Source: Malacoraja senta (lineage: Eukaryota). Taken from it: DNA of 64,000 bases. Position 1 is the first letter of the stretch. Every line of letters starts with the position of its first letter. Below, in pieces: positions 49,962-61,460 of the stretch. The notes beneath the pieces were generated by a model. That model searched no databases. It was not told the DNA's origin and saw only the letters and a list, made by a program, of their open reading frames with translations. Location of the stretch: NCBI GenBank assembly GCA_038087875.1, contig CM075989.1, positions 3,472,001 to 3,536,000 of the forward strand, written 5' to 3'. A program made the translations under genes and the position numbers.

Positions 49962-51920
49962 TCTCAGCCATCACCACACGTTGTCTCTGCAGCTGCAGGC
50001 AGGACAGAGAGACGGGGGCAAAGTCAGCAATGCTCACAGAGTGACAAAAACAACAGCATTACAAGCTGCACGCTCAAGTGAATAACGGTCACTTAAGTGG
50101 AAACAAGGAACTGCAGACACTGGCTTACAAAATGAAACACCATGCTGGAATCACTCAGTGGGTCAGGCAGCATGTTTGGAGAACATTAAGAGGTGACGTT
50201 TCAGGTCAGGACCCTTCCTCAGTTAGAAGACAGGTCCCAACCCGAAACGTCACCTAGCCATGTTCTCCAGGGATGCTGCCTGACCCGCTGAGTTACTCCA
50301 GCACTTTGTGTCTTTAATGGTCATAATCATGATTGGCCAACAAGCCTTTATGTGGCATCCAATCAATTATAAATATACTAGATTCTACCTCTCCTGATAG
50401 CTGAAACCCTCTAATAAAAGCAGCTGGTACACAAAAATGCTGGAGAAACTCAGCGGGTGCAGCAGCATCTATGGAGCGAAGGAAATAGGCAACGTTTCGG
50501 GCCGAAACCCTTCTTCAGATAAAAGCAGCTGTCTGGTAAACCTGCACCCTTTCCAAAACCTCCATATCATTCCTGCAATGGGGGTGACATACAAACTGCA
50601 TACAATACTCCAAATGCAGCCTAAACCAAGGTCCAATAAAGCTGCATCATGACTTCCTGACTCTTTACTCAATGCCCCAACCTACGAAGGTAAGCATACC
50701 ATTTGCCTTCTTTATCACTCTATCTACTAGTGTTGCCACTTGCAAGGGTTGTGGACTTGGACCCGAAGATCCCTTTAGATTTTAGAGATGCAGCGTGGAA
50801 ACAGGCCATTCGGCCCACCGAGTCTATGCTGTCCAATCACCCGTACATGTTCTACCCTATACACTAGCGACATTTTACAATTTGCAGATGCCAATAAACC
50901 TCCAAACCTGTGTAGGAAAGAACTGCGGATGCTGGTTTAAAATCAAAGATAGACACAAGATGCTAGAGTAACTCAGCAGACCAGGCAGCATCTCTGGAAG
51001 AAGGAATGGGTGATGTTTCGGGTCGAGTCCCTTCTGGGTCTCGACCCGAAACGTCACCCATTACTTCTCTCCAGAGATGCTGCCTGCCCCGCTGAGTTAC
51101 TCCAGCACTTTGTGTCCATCTGCAACCTGCAAAACCTGTATGTATTAGGAGTGTGGGAGGAAACCGAAGCACCCAGAAAAATTCCACGCAATCAAGGAGA
51201 ACGTACAAACTCCATACAGAGAGCACCCGTAGTCAGGATCCAACCCGGGTCTCTGGTGCAGTAAGGCAGCAACTCTACCGCTGTGCCACCGTGCATCGAT
51301 GTTGTATGGGGTCATGCCATTAACTCTATACTTTTTACATTTGACCTCCCACAGTGCAACACCTCTCATATGCCAAACTGCCATCTCTGCAGCTGATCTA
51401 TAACCCGCTGTATACTTTGACAGTCTACTTCACGGAAGATGGACACAAATGATGGACTAACTCAGTGGTTCAGGCAGCACCTCTGGGGAAAAGAACGAGG
51501 TGACGTTTAGGGTCTTCACCCTTCCTCATACCTGCAACGTCACCTAGTCCTTTTCTCCAGAGATGCTGTTTGACCCACTCAGTTACTCCAGCATTTTATG
51601 CCTATTTTCAGTGTAAACCAGCATCTATAGTTCCTTTTTACAACCTTTGTAGTAAATGCCTACTATGTTCTGTGTGCTGAAGCAAAGCAAGAATTTCATT
51701 GTCCTATCAGGGACACATGACAATAAACTCACTTGAACTTCTCACAGTCCTGTTATCATGAGTCTGTGACCCCTGTGTCCAGACCCTCAATAGGGGATCC
51801 TCCGCCATCTCCCCCCATAATAACTGTGTGCTTTTTCACAGAGATTGCAGAAGCCTGGCATAGGGCAGAGAGCAGTCCTGGACACGTACGTCCATGTGCC
51901 CTCAAGCAACAGAGACCCGT

Positions 51921-52670
51921 ACCCCAGCCCCGCACCCCGCACCCCGCACCCCGGCCCCCAGCCCCGCACCCCGGCCCCTAGACCAGCACCCCGGCCCCCA
52001 GCCCCGCACCCCGGCCCCGCACCCCGGCCCCTAGACCCGCACCTCGGCCCCTAGACCCGCACCCCGGCCCCTTGACCAGCACCCCGGCCCCCAGCCCCGC
52101 ACCCCGGCCCCTAGACCCGCACCCCGGCCCCTAGACCCGCACCCCGGCCCCTAGACCCGCACCCCGGCCCCTAGACCCGCACCCCGGCCCCTAGACCCGC
52201 ACCCCGGCCCCTAGACCCGCACCCCGGCCCCTAGACCCGCACCCCGGCCCCTAGACCCGCACCCCGGCCCCTAGACCCGCACCCCGGCCCCTAGACCCGC
52301 ACCCCGGCCCCTAGACCCGCACCCCGGCCCCTAGACCCGCACCCCGGCCCCTAGACCCGCACCCCGGCCCCTAGACCCGCACCCCGGCCCCTAGACCCGC
52401 ACCCCGGCCCCTAGACCCGCACCTCGGCCCCTAGACCCGCACCCCGGCCCCTAGACCCGCACCCCGGCCCCTAGACCCGCACCCCGGCCCCTAGACCCGC
52501 ACCCCGGCCCCTAGACCCGCACCCCGGCCCCTAGACCCGCACCCCGGCCCCTAGACCCGCACCCCGGCCCCCAGCCCCGCACCCCGGCCCCGCACCCCGG
52601 CCCCTAGACCCGCACCCCGGCCCCGCACCCCGGCCCCTAGACCCGCACCCCGGCCCCTAGACCCGCACCC
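51921..52670. repeat. GC-rich minisatellite, 20-bp unit ACCCCGGCCCCTAGACCCGC
   Basis: About 23 near-perfect copies at 52101-52560 with degenerate flanks; runs into a gap. Confidence 0.97.
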
Positions 52671-52870
52671 NNNNNNNNNNNNNNNNNNNNNNNNNNNNNN
52701 NNNNNNNNNNNNNNNNNNNNNNNNNNNNNNNNNNNNNNNNNNNNNNNNNNNNNNNNNNNNNNNNNNNNNNNNNNNNNNNNNNNNNNNNNNNNNNNNNNNN
52801 NNNNNNNNNNNNNNNNNNNNNNNNNNNNNNNNNNNNNNNNNNNNNNNNNNNNNNNNNNNNNNNNNNNNNN
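52671..52870. other. Assembly gap (200 N)
   Basis: Run of N. Confidence 1.
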
Positions 52871-55704
52871 TCTACAAGTCACATACCCACCACCTCCTCC
52901 CACCCTTCTTCCGGTGAGAGTGCCTTTCATACTCCAGGCTTCCCCACCTCCATAGCATGTGTCTGGTGATGACGATTGGATAGCACGTAACAAAAAGCTT
53001 TTAATTGTACCTGTACACGTGACAATAATAAACAATACAAAACTATTGATTCTGCGAATGTGAGATGACAGAACTAGTGTGAATGGGTGACCAATGGTCA
53101 GCGCGTACACTCGATGGGCCGAAGGGCTTGTTTCTATGCTGTATCTCTGAACTAAACAATATATGTTTATTGTAAACAATTAATGTTTTATGTTTCATTC
53201 TTAACTGTCACTGTATGTCATGTTGTCACTTGTGGGCGGACCACCAAGGCAAATTCCTTGTATGTGAATACTTGGCCAATAAACGTATTCAGTCATGAAT
53301 TCATTCATTCATTCATGATACCGTAACATGAGAAATAGAAAGCAGTTCGGTTGCTGTTGCTGTTTACATACTCTGTTGTGTTTACATATTCAGTTGTGCT
53401 GCTGCAAGTAAGAATTTAACTGTTCTATCGGGGACGTGACAATAAAACACTCTTGACTCTTAACTAAGACATGTGCTTGCTCTGGCAGTCAATGAGAACA
53501 TAGCTGATCCTGTACCAGCACCATTTCACTTCTCCATCGCCATACCTTACGATGCCTCTACCATCCAGAAATCTACCAACCTCGGTTTCAAATACATTCA
53601 ATGACTGATCCTCCACCATCTATCCAAAGGTTTACCATCCTCTTATTTAAGAAATTGCAGCTCATTTCAATTCTGAATTGCTTACCCTTCATTTTAAGAC
53701 TGTGACCCATATTTCTAGAATTATTAGCCAAGGAAGCTTTGTCCCTGCACATACTTTGTGAAACTCACTGAAACCTTAGGGCAGCACGGTGGCGCAGCGG
53801 TAGAGTTGCTGCCTTACAGCACCGGAGACCTGGGCTCAATCGTGACTACGGGTGCTGTCTGTACGGAGTTCTCCCTGTGACCGCGTGGGTTTTCTCCAGG
53901 TGCTCCGGTTTCCTTCCACACTCCAAAGACATATAGTTTTGTAGGTTAATTGGCCTTGGTAAAATTGTAAATTGTCCCTAGTGTGTGTAGGATAGTGCTA
54001 GTGAACGGGGTGATCGCTGGTCGGCGTGAACTCATTGGGCCAAAGGGCCTGTTCCCGCACTGTATCTCTAAACTAAACTACACTCTGTATGTTTCAGTGA
54101 GTCACCTCTGATTCTTTCAAACTGTGGAGGACAGAAACCCACCCAATGTCTCCTTATGATCCATTATAAGACTGGTTAGGCCGCATTTGGAGTATTGCGG
54201 TTGCAGTTCTGGCCCCATTGCAGGAAGGATGTGGGGGCTTTGGACAGGGTGTAGAGGAGATTGACCGTAATGATGCCTGGATTAAGGGGTAGTAGCTACA
54301 GGGAGAGGTTGGACAAACTTGGATTGTTTTCGCTGAAAAGCCAAAAGTTGCTCGGAGACCTGATAGAAGTACGTACAATTATGAGGGGCACAGACAGGGT
54401 AGACAGTCAGAACCTTTTTCCCAGCATGGAAATATCAAATACTAGAGGGCATAACTTTAAAGTGAGAGGGGCAAACTTCAAAGGAGATGTGCGGGGCAAG
54501 TTTTTTACACCGACGATGGTGAGTGCCTGGAACGCACTGTTGGGGTGGATAGTTGAAGCAGATACATTAGTGACAGTTAAGAGATTTTGGATACGCATAT
54601 AGATATGCAGGGAATGGAGAGATATGGGTTATGGGCAGGTAGATACGAGGGTCTTGGCATCATGTTTGGCACATGTTATGGGCTGAGGGGCCTGTTCTTG
54701 TGCTGTACTGTTCTATGTTCTATCTTTCCTCTTGTACTCTAGATCCTCTTTCAATGAAGATCCAGCATATCATTCGCCCTCATCAGTCTGGAGAAGGGCC
54801 TGACACGAAACATCACACATCCATGCTCTCCACAGATGCTGCCTGACCCGTTGAGTTACTGCAACACTTCGTGTCTTCTCGTGTAAACTAGCATCTGCAG
54901 TTCATAAGTACTGGGAGCAGAATTAGGCCATTCGGCCCATCAAGTCCTCTATGCCATTCAATCATAGCTGATCTATCTTTCTTTCTCAACCCCATTCTCC
55001 TGTCTTCCCCCCATAACCCCCGACCCCCTTTCACAGATCAAGAATCTGTCAATCTCCGCCATGAAAATATCCAATGACTTGGCCTCCACAGCCTTCTGTG
55101 GCAATGAATTGCACAGATTCACCACCCACTGACTAAAGAAATTCCTCCTCATCTCCTTCCTAAAAGAATGTCCTTTTATTCTGAGGCTATGCCCTCTCCA
55201 CATCCACTCTATCCAGGCCTTTCACTATTCGGTAAGGGGTCCCCTCATCCTTCTAAACTCCAGCGAGTACAGGCCCAGTGCCGTCAAACACTCTTGCAGG
55301 CCTTTCACTATTCGGTAAGCTGCCGTGCCACAGTTCCTTGTTTCTACATCATTCACCTTTTCTATTGCCTTCTCCACTGGCATTTTAGTTTTCAAGGACA
55401 TAAAGGCCCTTTCAAGGTCCATTTTAACATCAACATTTTCCAGCCTATTGTCATTTTGCAAATACTCAGCATCTTTTGTACTGAAGTGGATAACTTCATA
55501 TTTTCCCACATTGTACTCCATCTGTCATGTTGTCCTCTCTCAGCTGATTCATTTCCCCGCAAAATCATCTTCAAACCCTCACAGATATTCACGTCTCCAT
55601 TTAATTTGATATTATAAATGAACTTGGAAATGTTATACAAAAAAAAAAAAAAATGGTGGAGGAACTCAGTGGGTCAGTGACGCAGCGGTGGAGTTGTTGC
55701 CTTA

Positions 55705-56295
55705 AGGGCCTGTCCCACTTGGCCGCCATTCGCGCGCCATTTACGCGACCTGCTAGTGTGTGGGTAGCGCGTGGGTAGCGCGGGACGGGCGCATGGAGTG
55801 GTGTGGAGGAGTGTGGACTTCGTCCTGTACAAAATCTTCGTGCGCCACCGGCCTGTCGCGTAACTGACGGCCAAAGTGGGACAGGCCTAAGACCTTGGCA
55901 CGGCACAACGTCTCACCTCCAACAGCAGCAGAAGCAGGCAAACGATCGCCGAGCTCGGCCTGGGGCTCACGGCCGTTGCGGATCCAGATCCGCTCCCACT
56001 CCTACTCCCAGAGCGGGGCCAAGACGATTGGAGATAGACACAAAATGCTGGAGTAACTCAGCGGGACCGGCAGCATCTCTGGAGAGAAGCAATGGGTGAC
56101 GTGGGGAAACATCATCCATTCCTTCTCTCCAGAGATGCTGCCGGTCCCGCTGAGTTACTCCTGCATTTTGTGTCCATCTTCAAATGACGTCACACGCTCC
56201 AGACGGCTGTGTGGACGCATGATGACGCGCGCGACCATCGCGCGTCAGTCACTACCGGCCTGTCTCGTAAATGACGGCCAAGTGAGACAGGCCCT
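55705..56295. mobile_element. PIF/Harbinger MITE inserted in a V-SINE head, itself carrying a fold-back pLTR element (about 56033-56180)
   Basis: TIRs AGGGCCTGTCCCACTTGGCCG / CGGCCAAGTGAGACAGGCCCT; TTA TSD at 55702-55704 and 56296-56298. The SINE gagttgttgcc-tta-cagcgcc is restored on excision. Confidence 0.88.
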
Positions 56296-56764
56296 TTACA
56301 GCGCCTGAGACCAGGGTTCGACCCCAACTAGGGGTGCTCTCTGTACGAGGTTTGTGCGTTCTCCCCATGATCTGCGTGGGTTTTCTCCGGGTGCTCCGGT
56401 TTCCTCCCACACTCCAAAGACATATATGTTTGTAGGTTAAATGGCTTTTGTAAAATTATAAATTGTCCCTAGTGTGTAGGATAGTGTTAATGTGCGGGAA
56501 TCGCTAGTGAGCGCGGACTCAGTGGGCCAAAGGGCCTGTTTCCACGCTGTATCTCTAAAGTAAACTAAACTAAAATAAATATGCAGGGTTTTTTTAACTG
56601 CTCCACTGTGAAGTCTCCCTAAAGTATAGCTGCTTTGAAAAAGTTTTCCTCTCTCCGACGAGAGTTCTGTGAGACGCTCTCTCTCTCTCTCTCTCACTCG
56701 AGAACCCGGGTCTCTGGCACAGTAAGGCAGCAAATCTACCACCGCTACCGTGCTGCCTGTAAAT

Positions 56765-56930
56765 ACATCAGTGCGCGTGCGCCCCTCCCCTCCCCGCCCC
56801 TCCCACCCGCTCACGTGAGGCGCCGCCAACGGCCGGGGGGAGGGGGGGGGGGGGGTTTGGTGGGTTGGGGTGGGGCTACAAATAGAGGAAGCGGGAGAGA
56901 GGCGGCAATCAGTCGAGGCGCAGATTAGGT
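56765..56930. promoter_or_regulatory. Candidate CpG-rich promoter
   Basis: NRF1-like TGCGCGTGCGC (56772-56782), GC box CCCCGCCCC (56792-56800), E-box TCACGTGA (56811-56818), TACAAATA (56877-56884). Confidence 0.55.
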
Positions 56931-57200
56931 GTGAGGTGGCGTTTAGTCGTGAGGTAGGAGGTTTAGTTAAGTTGAGGTGGGGGTTAAGGTGTGAGGTGAG
57001 GTGTGAGGTTTATTTGAGGGGCTAGGTTTAATGAGGTACGGTTTAGTCGAGACGAGGTTTAGGTGTGAGGAGAAGTTTGGTAGTGAGGTTTCGTCGTGGC
57101 GATGGGTTTAGTGAGGCGAGGGGATTAGTTGAGGTGCAAGTGTGTAGGTGAGGGGAAGTGAGCGTAGGTGAGCTGAGGAGAAGTGGGTGTCTGAGCTCAG
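56925..57200 (+). repeat. Degenerate G/T-rich tandem repeat (gtgaggt / tttag units)
   Basis: Recurrent gaggt motifs. Confidence 0.7.
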
Positions 57201-59652
57201 GAAGGGAGACCGAGGTGCTGCTGAGGGAGACAAGATCACTGCCCTCTGTGGCAGAGAATTCTACAAATTCACAACTCTGGGTGAAATTTTTTTTCTCATT
57301 TCAGGTAACATTTTTTGTAAAGATTTTTTTTGCTGTATGAGGCCATTTATTGAACCATATAAGATTATTAAGGGTTTGGACACGCTAGAGGCAGGAAACG
57401 TGTTCCCGATGTTGGGGGAGTCCAGAACCAGGGCCCACAGTTTAAGAATAAGGGGTAGGCCATTTAGAACGGAGATGAGAAAATTATTTTTCACACAGTG
57501 AATTGTGAATTTGTGGAATTCTCTGCCTCAGAAGGCAGTGGAGGCCAATTCTCGGGAGGCATTGACCCCTGAACCCCCATCGGGGCGCTGTCCCTGGAGC
57601 CCGATTGGGGCCTATCCAGCCTCCCGGACCCCTGGCCAATACTTCCTACTTTTTTTTATGGAGGTGAATATCATGCTTAGTCCACATTGCTTAAAAATGT
57701 TGGGTCTACTGTATGAGAAGGGATTTAAAAAATAATAATATTAATAATAGAATGTGATTCAATACAAAATAATAGTTAAAATAAAAATTAAAAGGTTATT
57801 AAAGTATCATGTTGGCTAGCTTTAAATGAAAAAACGTTCAAATTAAGGATGTTTCATTCTAAATATATTTAATATAAAATAATTAAAACACTATTAACAT
57901 TTATGACAGAAATTAAAATTTGTGGTGATCTGTTGTGGAATAACCCCATTAAAGAAGATAACAGTGGTTACCCAGACCTCATTGCTGGTTGCAAAGTGTC
58001 CCCCATAACAGTTCAAGCTTCAGGGCCACAAAAATGTAGGTTGGACACTGGGAGAACGTATAAACTCCGTACAGACAGCACCCAAGGTCAGGATCGAATA
58101 CGGATGTCTGGTGCTGTGAGGCAGCAATTCTACCACTGTGGTGCTGTGAGGCTGTGCCCACTTTATTTTGATCAAATTAAAGGGATGGAGAATGAAAATG
58201 ACTGGAACACAAGCCCATCCTCATGGACTGACCTGACTCTGTGCCTAAAGCAGTGCTCCCAACCTTCCTCATGCACGGCCAAAAATTAATCCTACATTTA
58301 GACGCGGCCCATATTTTAAGATTGCATGATAAATGAATTGATATTTCCGTCAACACGACTTGAATTTTCAAAACGTTTTGTTTGGGCTTTGCAGCTTATT
58401 AATAGGAAAATTAAAGCGTTCAATAAAAATAAAATTAACTCATTAACATCAAAATTCTAGCATTAGAGATGAATATTCTTCCCCCTGACTGCCCCTTACG
58501 CTGAAACATGGAAACATAGAAAATAGGTGAAGGAGTAGGCCATTCGGCCCTTCGAGCCAGCACCACCATTTAATATGATTATGGCTGATCATCCAGAATC
58601 AGTACCCCATTCCTGCTTTCTCCCCATATCCCTTTATTCCGTTTACCCTAAGAGCTACATCTAACTCTCTCTTGAATACATCCAGTGAATTGGCCTCCTG
58701 TGGCAGAGAATTCCACAGATTCACAACACTCGGGTGAAAAGAAAATTCTAATTTCAGTCCTAAATGGCTTATCCCTTATTCTTAAACTGTGACCCCCTGG
58801 TTCTGGACTCCTTTAACATGGGGAACATTTTTCCTGCATCTAGCCTGTCCAATCCCTTAAAAAATGTATATGTTTCTGTAAGATTCCCTCTCATCCTTCT
58901 AAATTCCAGTGAATATAAGCCTAGTCGATCCATTCCTTCATCATATGTCAGTCCCGCCATCCCGGGAATTAACCTGGTGAACCCACACTGCATTCCCTCA
59001 ATAGCAAGAATGTCCTTCCTCAAATTGGAGTGTAAGATAAAACTGGAGCACCCGGAGAAACTGGCACAACGGCTGCAAGGCAACCATTTCAACAATGTTT
59101 GCCAGAATTTCCTGTTATTTGCAAACCATTTTTGGACCCCACACACAGCCCCGTTTCAACCCAATTTTGGGCGGGGCCTGGAGACTGGAACCAGTGCTCT
59201 CATGGGAACCTTCACTTGCACTGACACCAATCTGCCTCCAGAGGGCGATTTGCCTTGCATCTAAACTTGCCCTGTTTGAGGAGAGAGCTTCATGTAAACA
59301 CTTCCTGCATCAGACCTGCAATTCATGTAATTCAGTTTAGTTTAGTTTAGTTTAGAGATACAATATGGAAACAGGCCCTTTGGACCACCGAGTCTGTGCC
59401 GACCAGCGATCCCCGCACACTAACACTATCCTCCACACACTAGGGACAATTTACAATCCTACCAATTGGCCTACAAGCCTGCACTGTACGTCTTTGGAGG
59501 AAACCGAAGCACTCAGAGAAAAAGCACACTGTCACGGGGTGAACATACAAACTCCGTACAGTCAGCACCGATGGACAAGATCGAACCTGGGTCTCCTGCG
59601 CTGTGAGGCAGCAACTCTGCCGCTGCGCCACCGTGCCGCCCTGATAACCTAA

Positions 59653-60252
59653 AGGCCTGTCTCACGAGTCTGCGGTCATTGGCGGCGAAACGGGAAGAAT
59701 CTGCCGCCATAGACCGCGCACTCGTGAGAACGTACAATTCCGGGGCCGTGCGGCGGTGTTCCCAACACCACACGGTGCTAAAATAAAATTGACAATGTCG
59801 AAAACTATATACTCACTGCACAACCTCCACCAGTGATGCACGAGTGCGGCACGGCCGCCCGCACGGGCCGCCGCCAGTGTGGCTCGAGCGCCGTGCGTCA
59901 AACCTCCACTGCCACAGCCTCCGCCAGTGAGGCACGTGCCTCCGCCAGTGAGGCACGTGTGCTGCACGGCCGCAGGCACAGCCACCACTACAGCGCCGCG
60001 ATCAGGATGGCCGCCACAGCCGCCGCTAGTGAGTCACGTGCGGCGGGCCGACGTCATCGCAGTCGGCCCGCCCTTTTTTTTACTTACCGCAAGCACGTGG
60101 GACCCGCCGTGTTTGAATTACTCGGCCCCCGCGCAGCATCCGTGCGGCGCTCCGGTGGATAGGCTCGCCGCTCTCGCCGTTGCCGCGCGGTCCCCGCTAC
60201 CGGTGACGCCGCGCTTCACCGCCGATGACCGCAAACAGGTAAGACAGAGCCT
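59653..60252. mobile_element. PIF/Harbinger-type non-autonomous element with CpG-rich interior
   Basis: Imperfect TIRs of about 37 bp (ggcctgtctcacgagtctgcggtcattggcggcgaa vs reverse complement ggctctgtcttacctgtttgcggtcatcggcggtgaa). TAA TSD at 59650-59652 and 60253-60255. Confidence 0.8.
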
Positions 60253-61460
60253 TAATGGCCCAAAATGTTAATGAATCTGAAAATGCAGAAAATAAATAGA
60301 TTAAAAATAGATAAGTATTATATTTCTATATACCCCGCACATTCCAAGATGGCGGCCAAGCCAGGTGACTCTTTGCGTGCTTGTGCAAGATAAAGTCCAG
60401 TAAAGCCCGGTACAAGCCAAACAAAAGAACAACAGGTAGAGTGAAGAGAAAAATAGCAGCCTGTAGAATACAGTTTCTCAGCATCATATCGCTGCAGTTC
60501 CAGAGGGAAACGATCAATGTCCACAATGAGGTTGGTTGGAAGATTGAGCTTGTACCCTCACTTATGGAAGGACCATTCAGAAGTTTAATAACAGTGGGGA
60601 AGAAGCTGTTCCCGAGTTTGATAGGATTTCAGGTTTCTGTGTCTTCTGCCCAACAGGATCAGGGTGAAGAGCGAATGACCAGCTTGGGAAAGCTCCTTGG
60701 TTATGTTAAAAAAAAAAAGGACACAAAGTGCTGGAGTAACTCAGCGGGTCAGGCAGCATCCCTGGAGAAATGATGGTTACGGTGGCTGCTTTTGCGAGAC
60801 AGCGTGAAGTAGAGATGGAGTCAATGCTGGGGAATCTGGTCTTTGTGAAATATTTGTCTACTCATCCAAATTTTTATTGGATTAACTTGCTGCCTTTTTT
60901 TCCCTGCTCCTCTCGGAAGTTCTTATTCCTTTATCTTTACAGTTCGAGGTGCCAACCCGGAAGATCCAAAAGCTCGTCGGTCAGCGGGACCGGGAGGGAG
61001 CTGGAGATGTCGGACATGAGGAGCAAGGGCTGGTAGGAGGATGAACCGGGGTAATGTCTCCAGCGCCTTCAGGTCAGCTGCAGGAGGTGCCCCGGGAAAA
61101 CAATGATGGCCGGGCGAGGAGACGAGAGGAGAGGTTCGCGGGAACTGCTCCAGTACATCGAGCGAGTCAGAACACCATTGAACCGTGAGGGCGACAGGGT
61201 AGCGCAGCAGTAGAGTTGCAGCGCCGGAGATCTGGGCTTGATCCTGACTATTGGTGCTTCTCTGAACGGAGTTTGTAAGTTCTCCCCGGGACCTGAGTGG
61301 ATTTTCTCCAGAATCACCGGTTTCCTCCCACACTCCAAAGGCATGTGGGTTTGCAGGTTAATTGGTTCACCACTGACCCAAAACATGTCCTTCGCCGCAC
61401 TTCCGAGGCTCTGTCTCTCACACCCACTGAGAACACTAACGAACCTTGCCTCGGACCTCT

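Noticed and set aside
49068..50081. 337-aa plus-strand ORF
   Set aside because: Antisense shadow of the GC3-rich DET1 exon; no recognisable protein.
51921..52670. CRISPR-like regular array
   Set aside because: Contiguous tandem 20-mers with no unique spacers and no cas genes, in a vertebrate context.
60344..60385. CAAGATGGCGGC YY1-like motif as a gene start
   Set aside because: Isolated motif in otherwise CpG-poor sequence with no supporting exon structure; probably part of a repeat.
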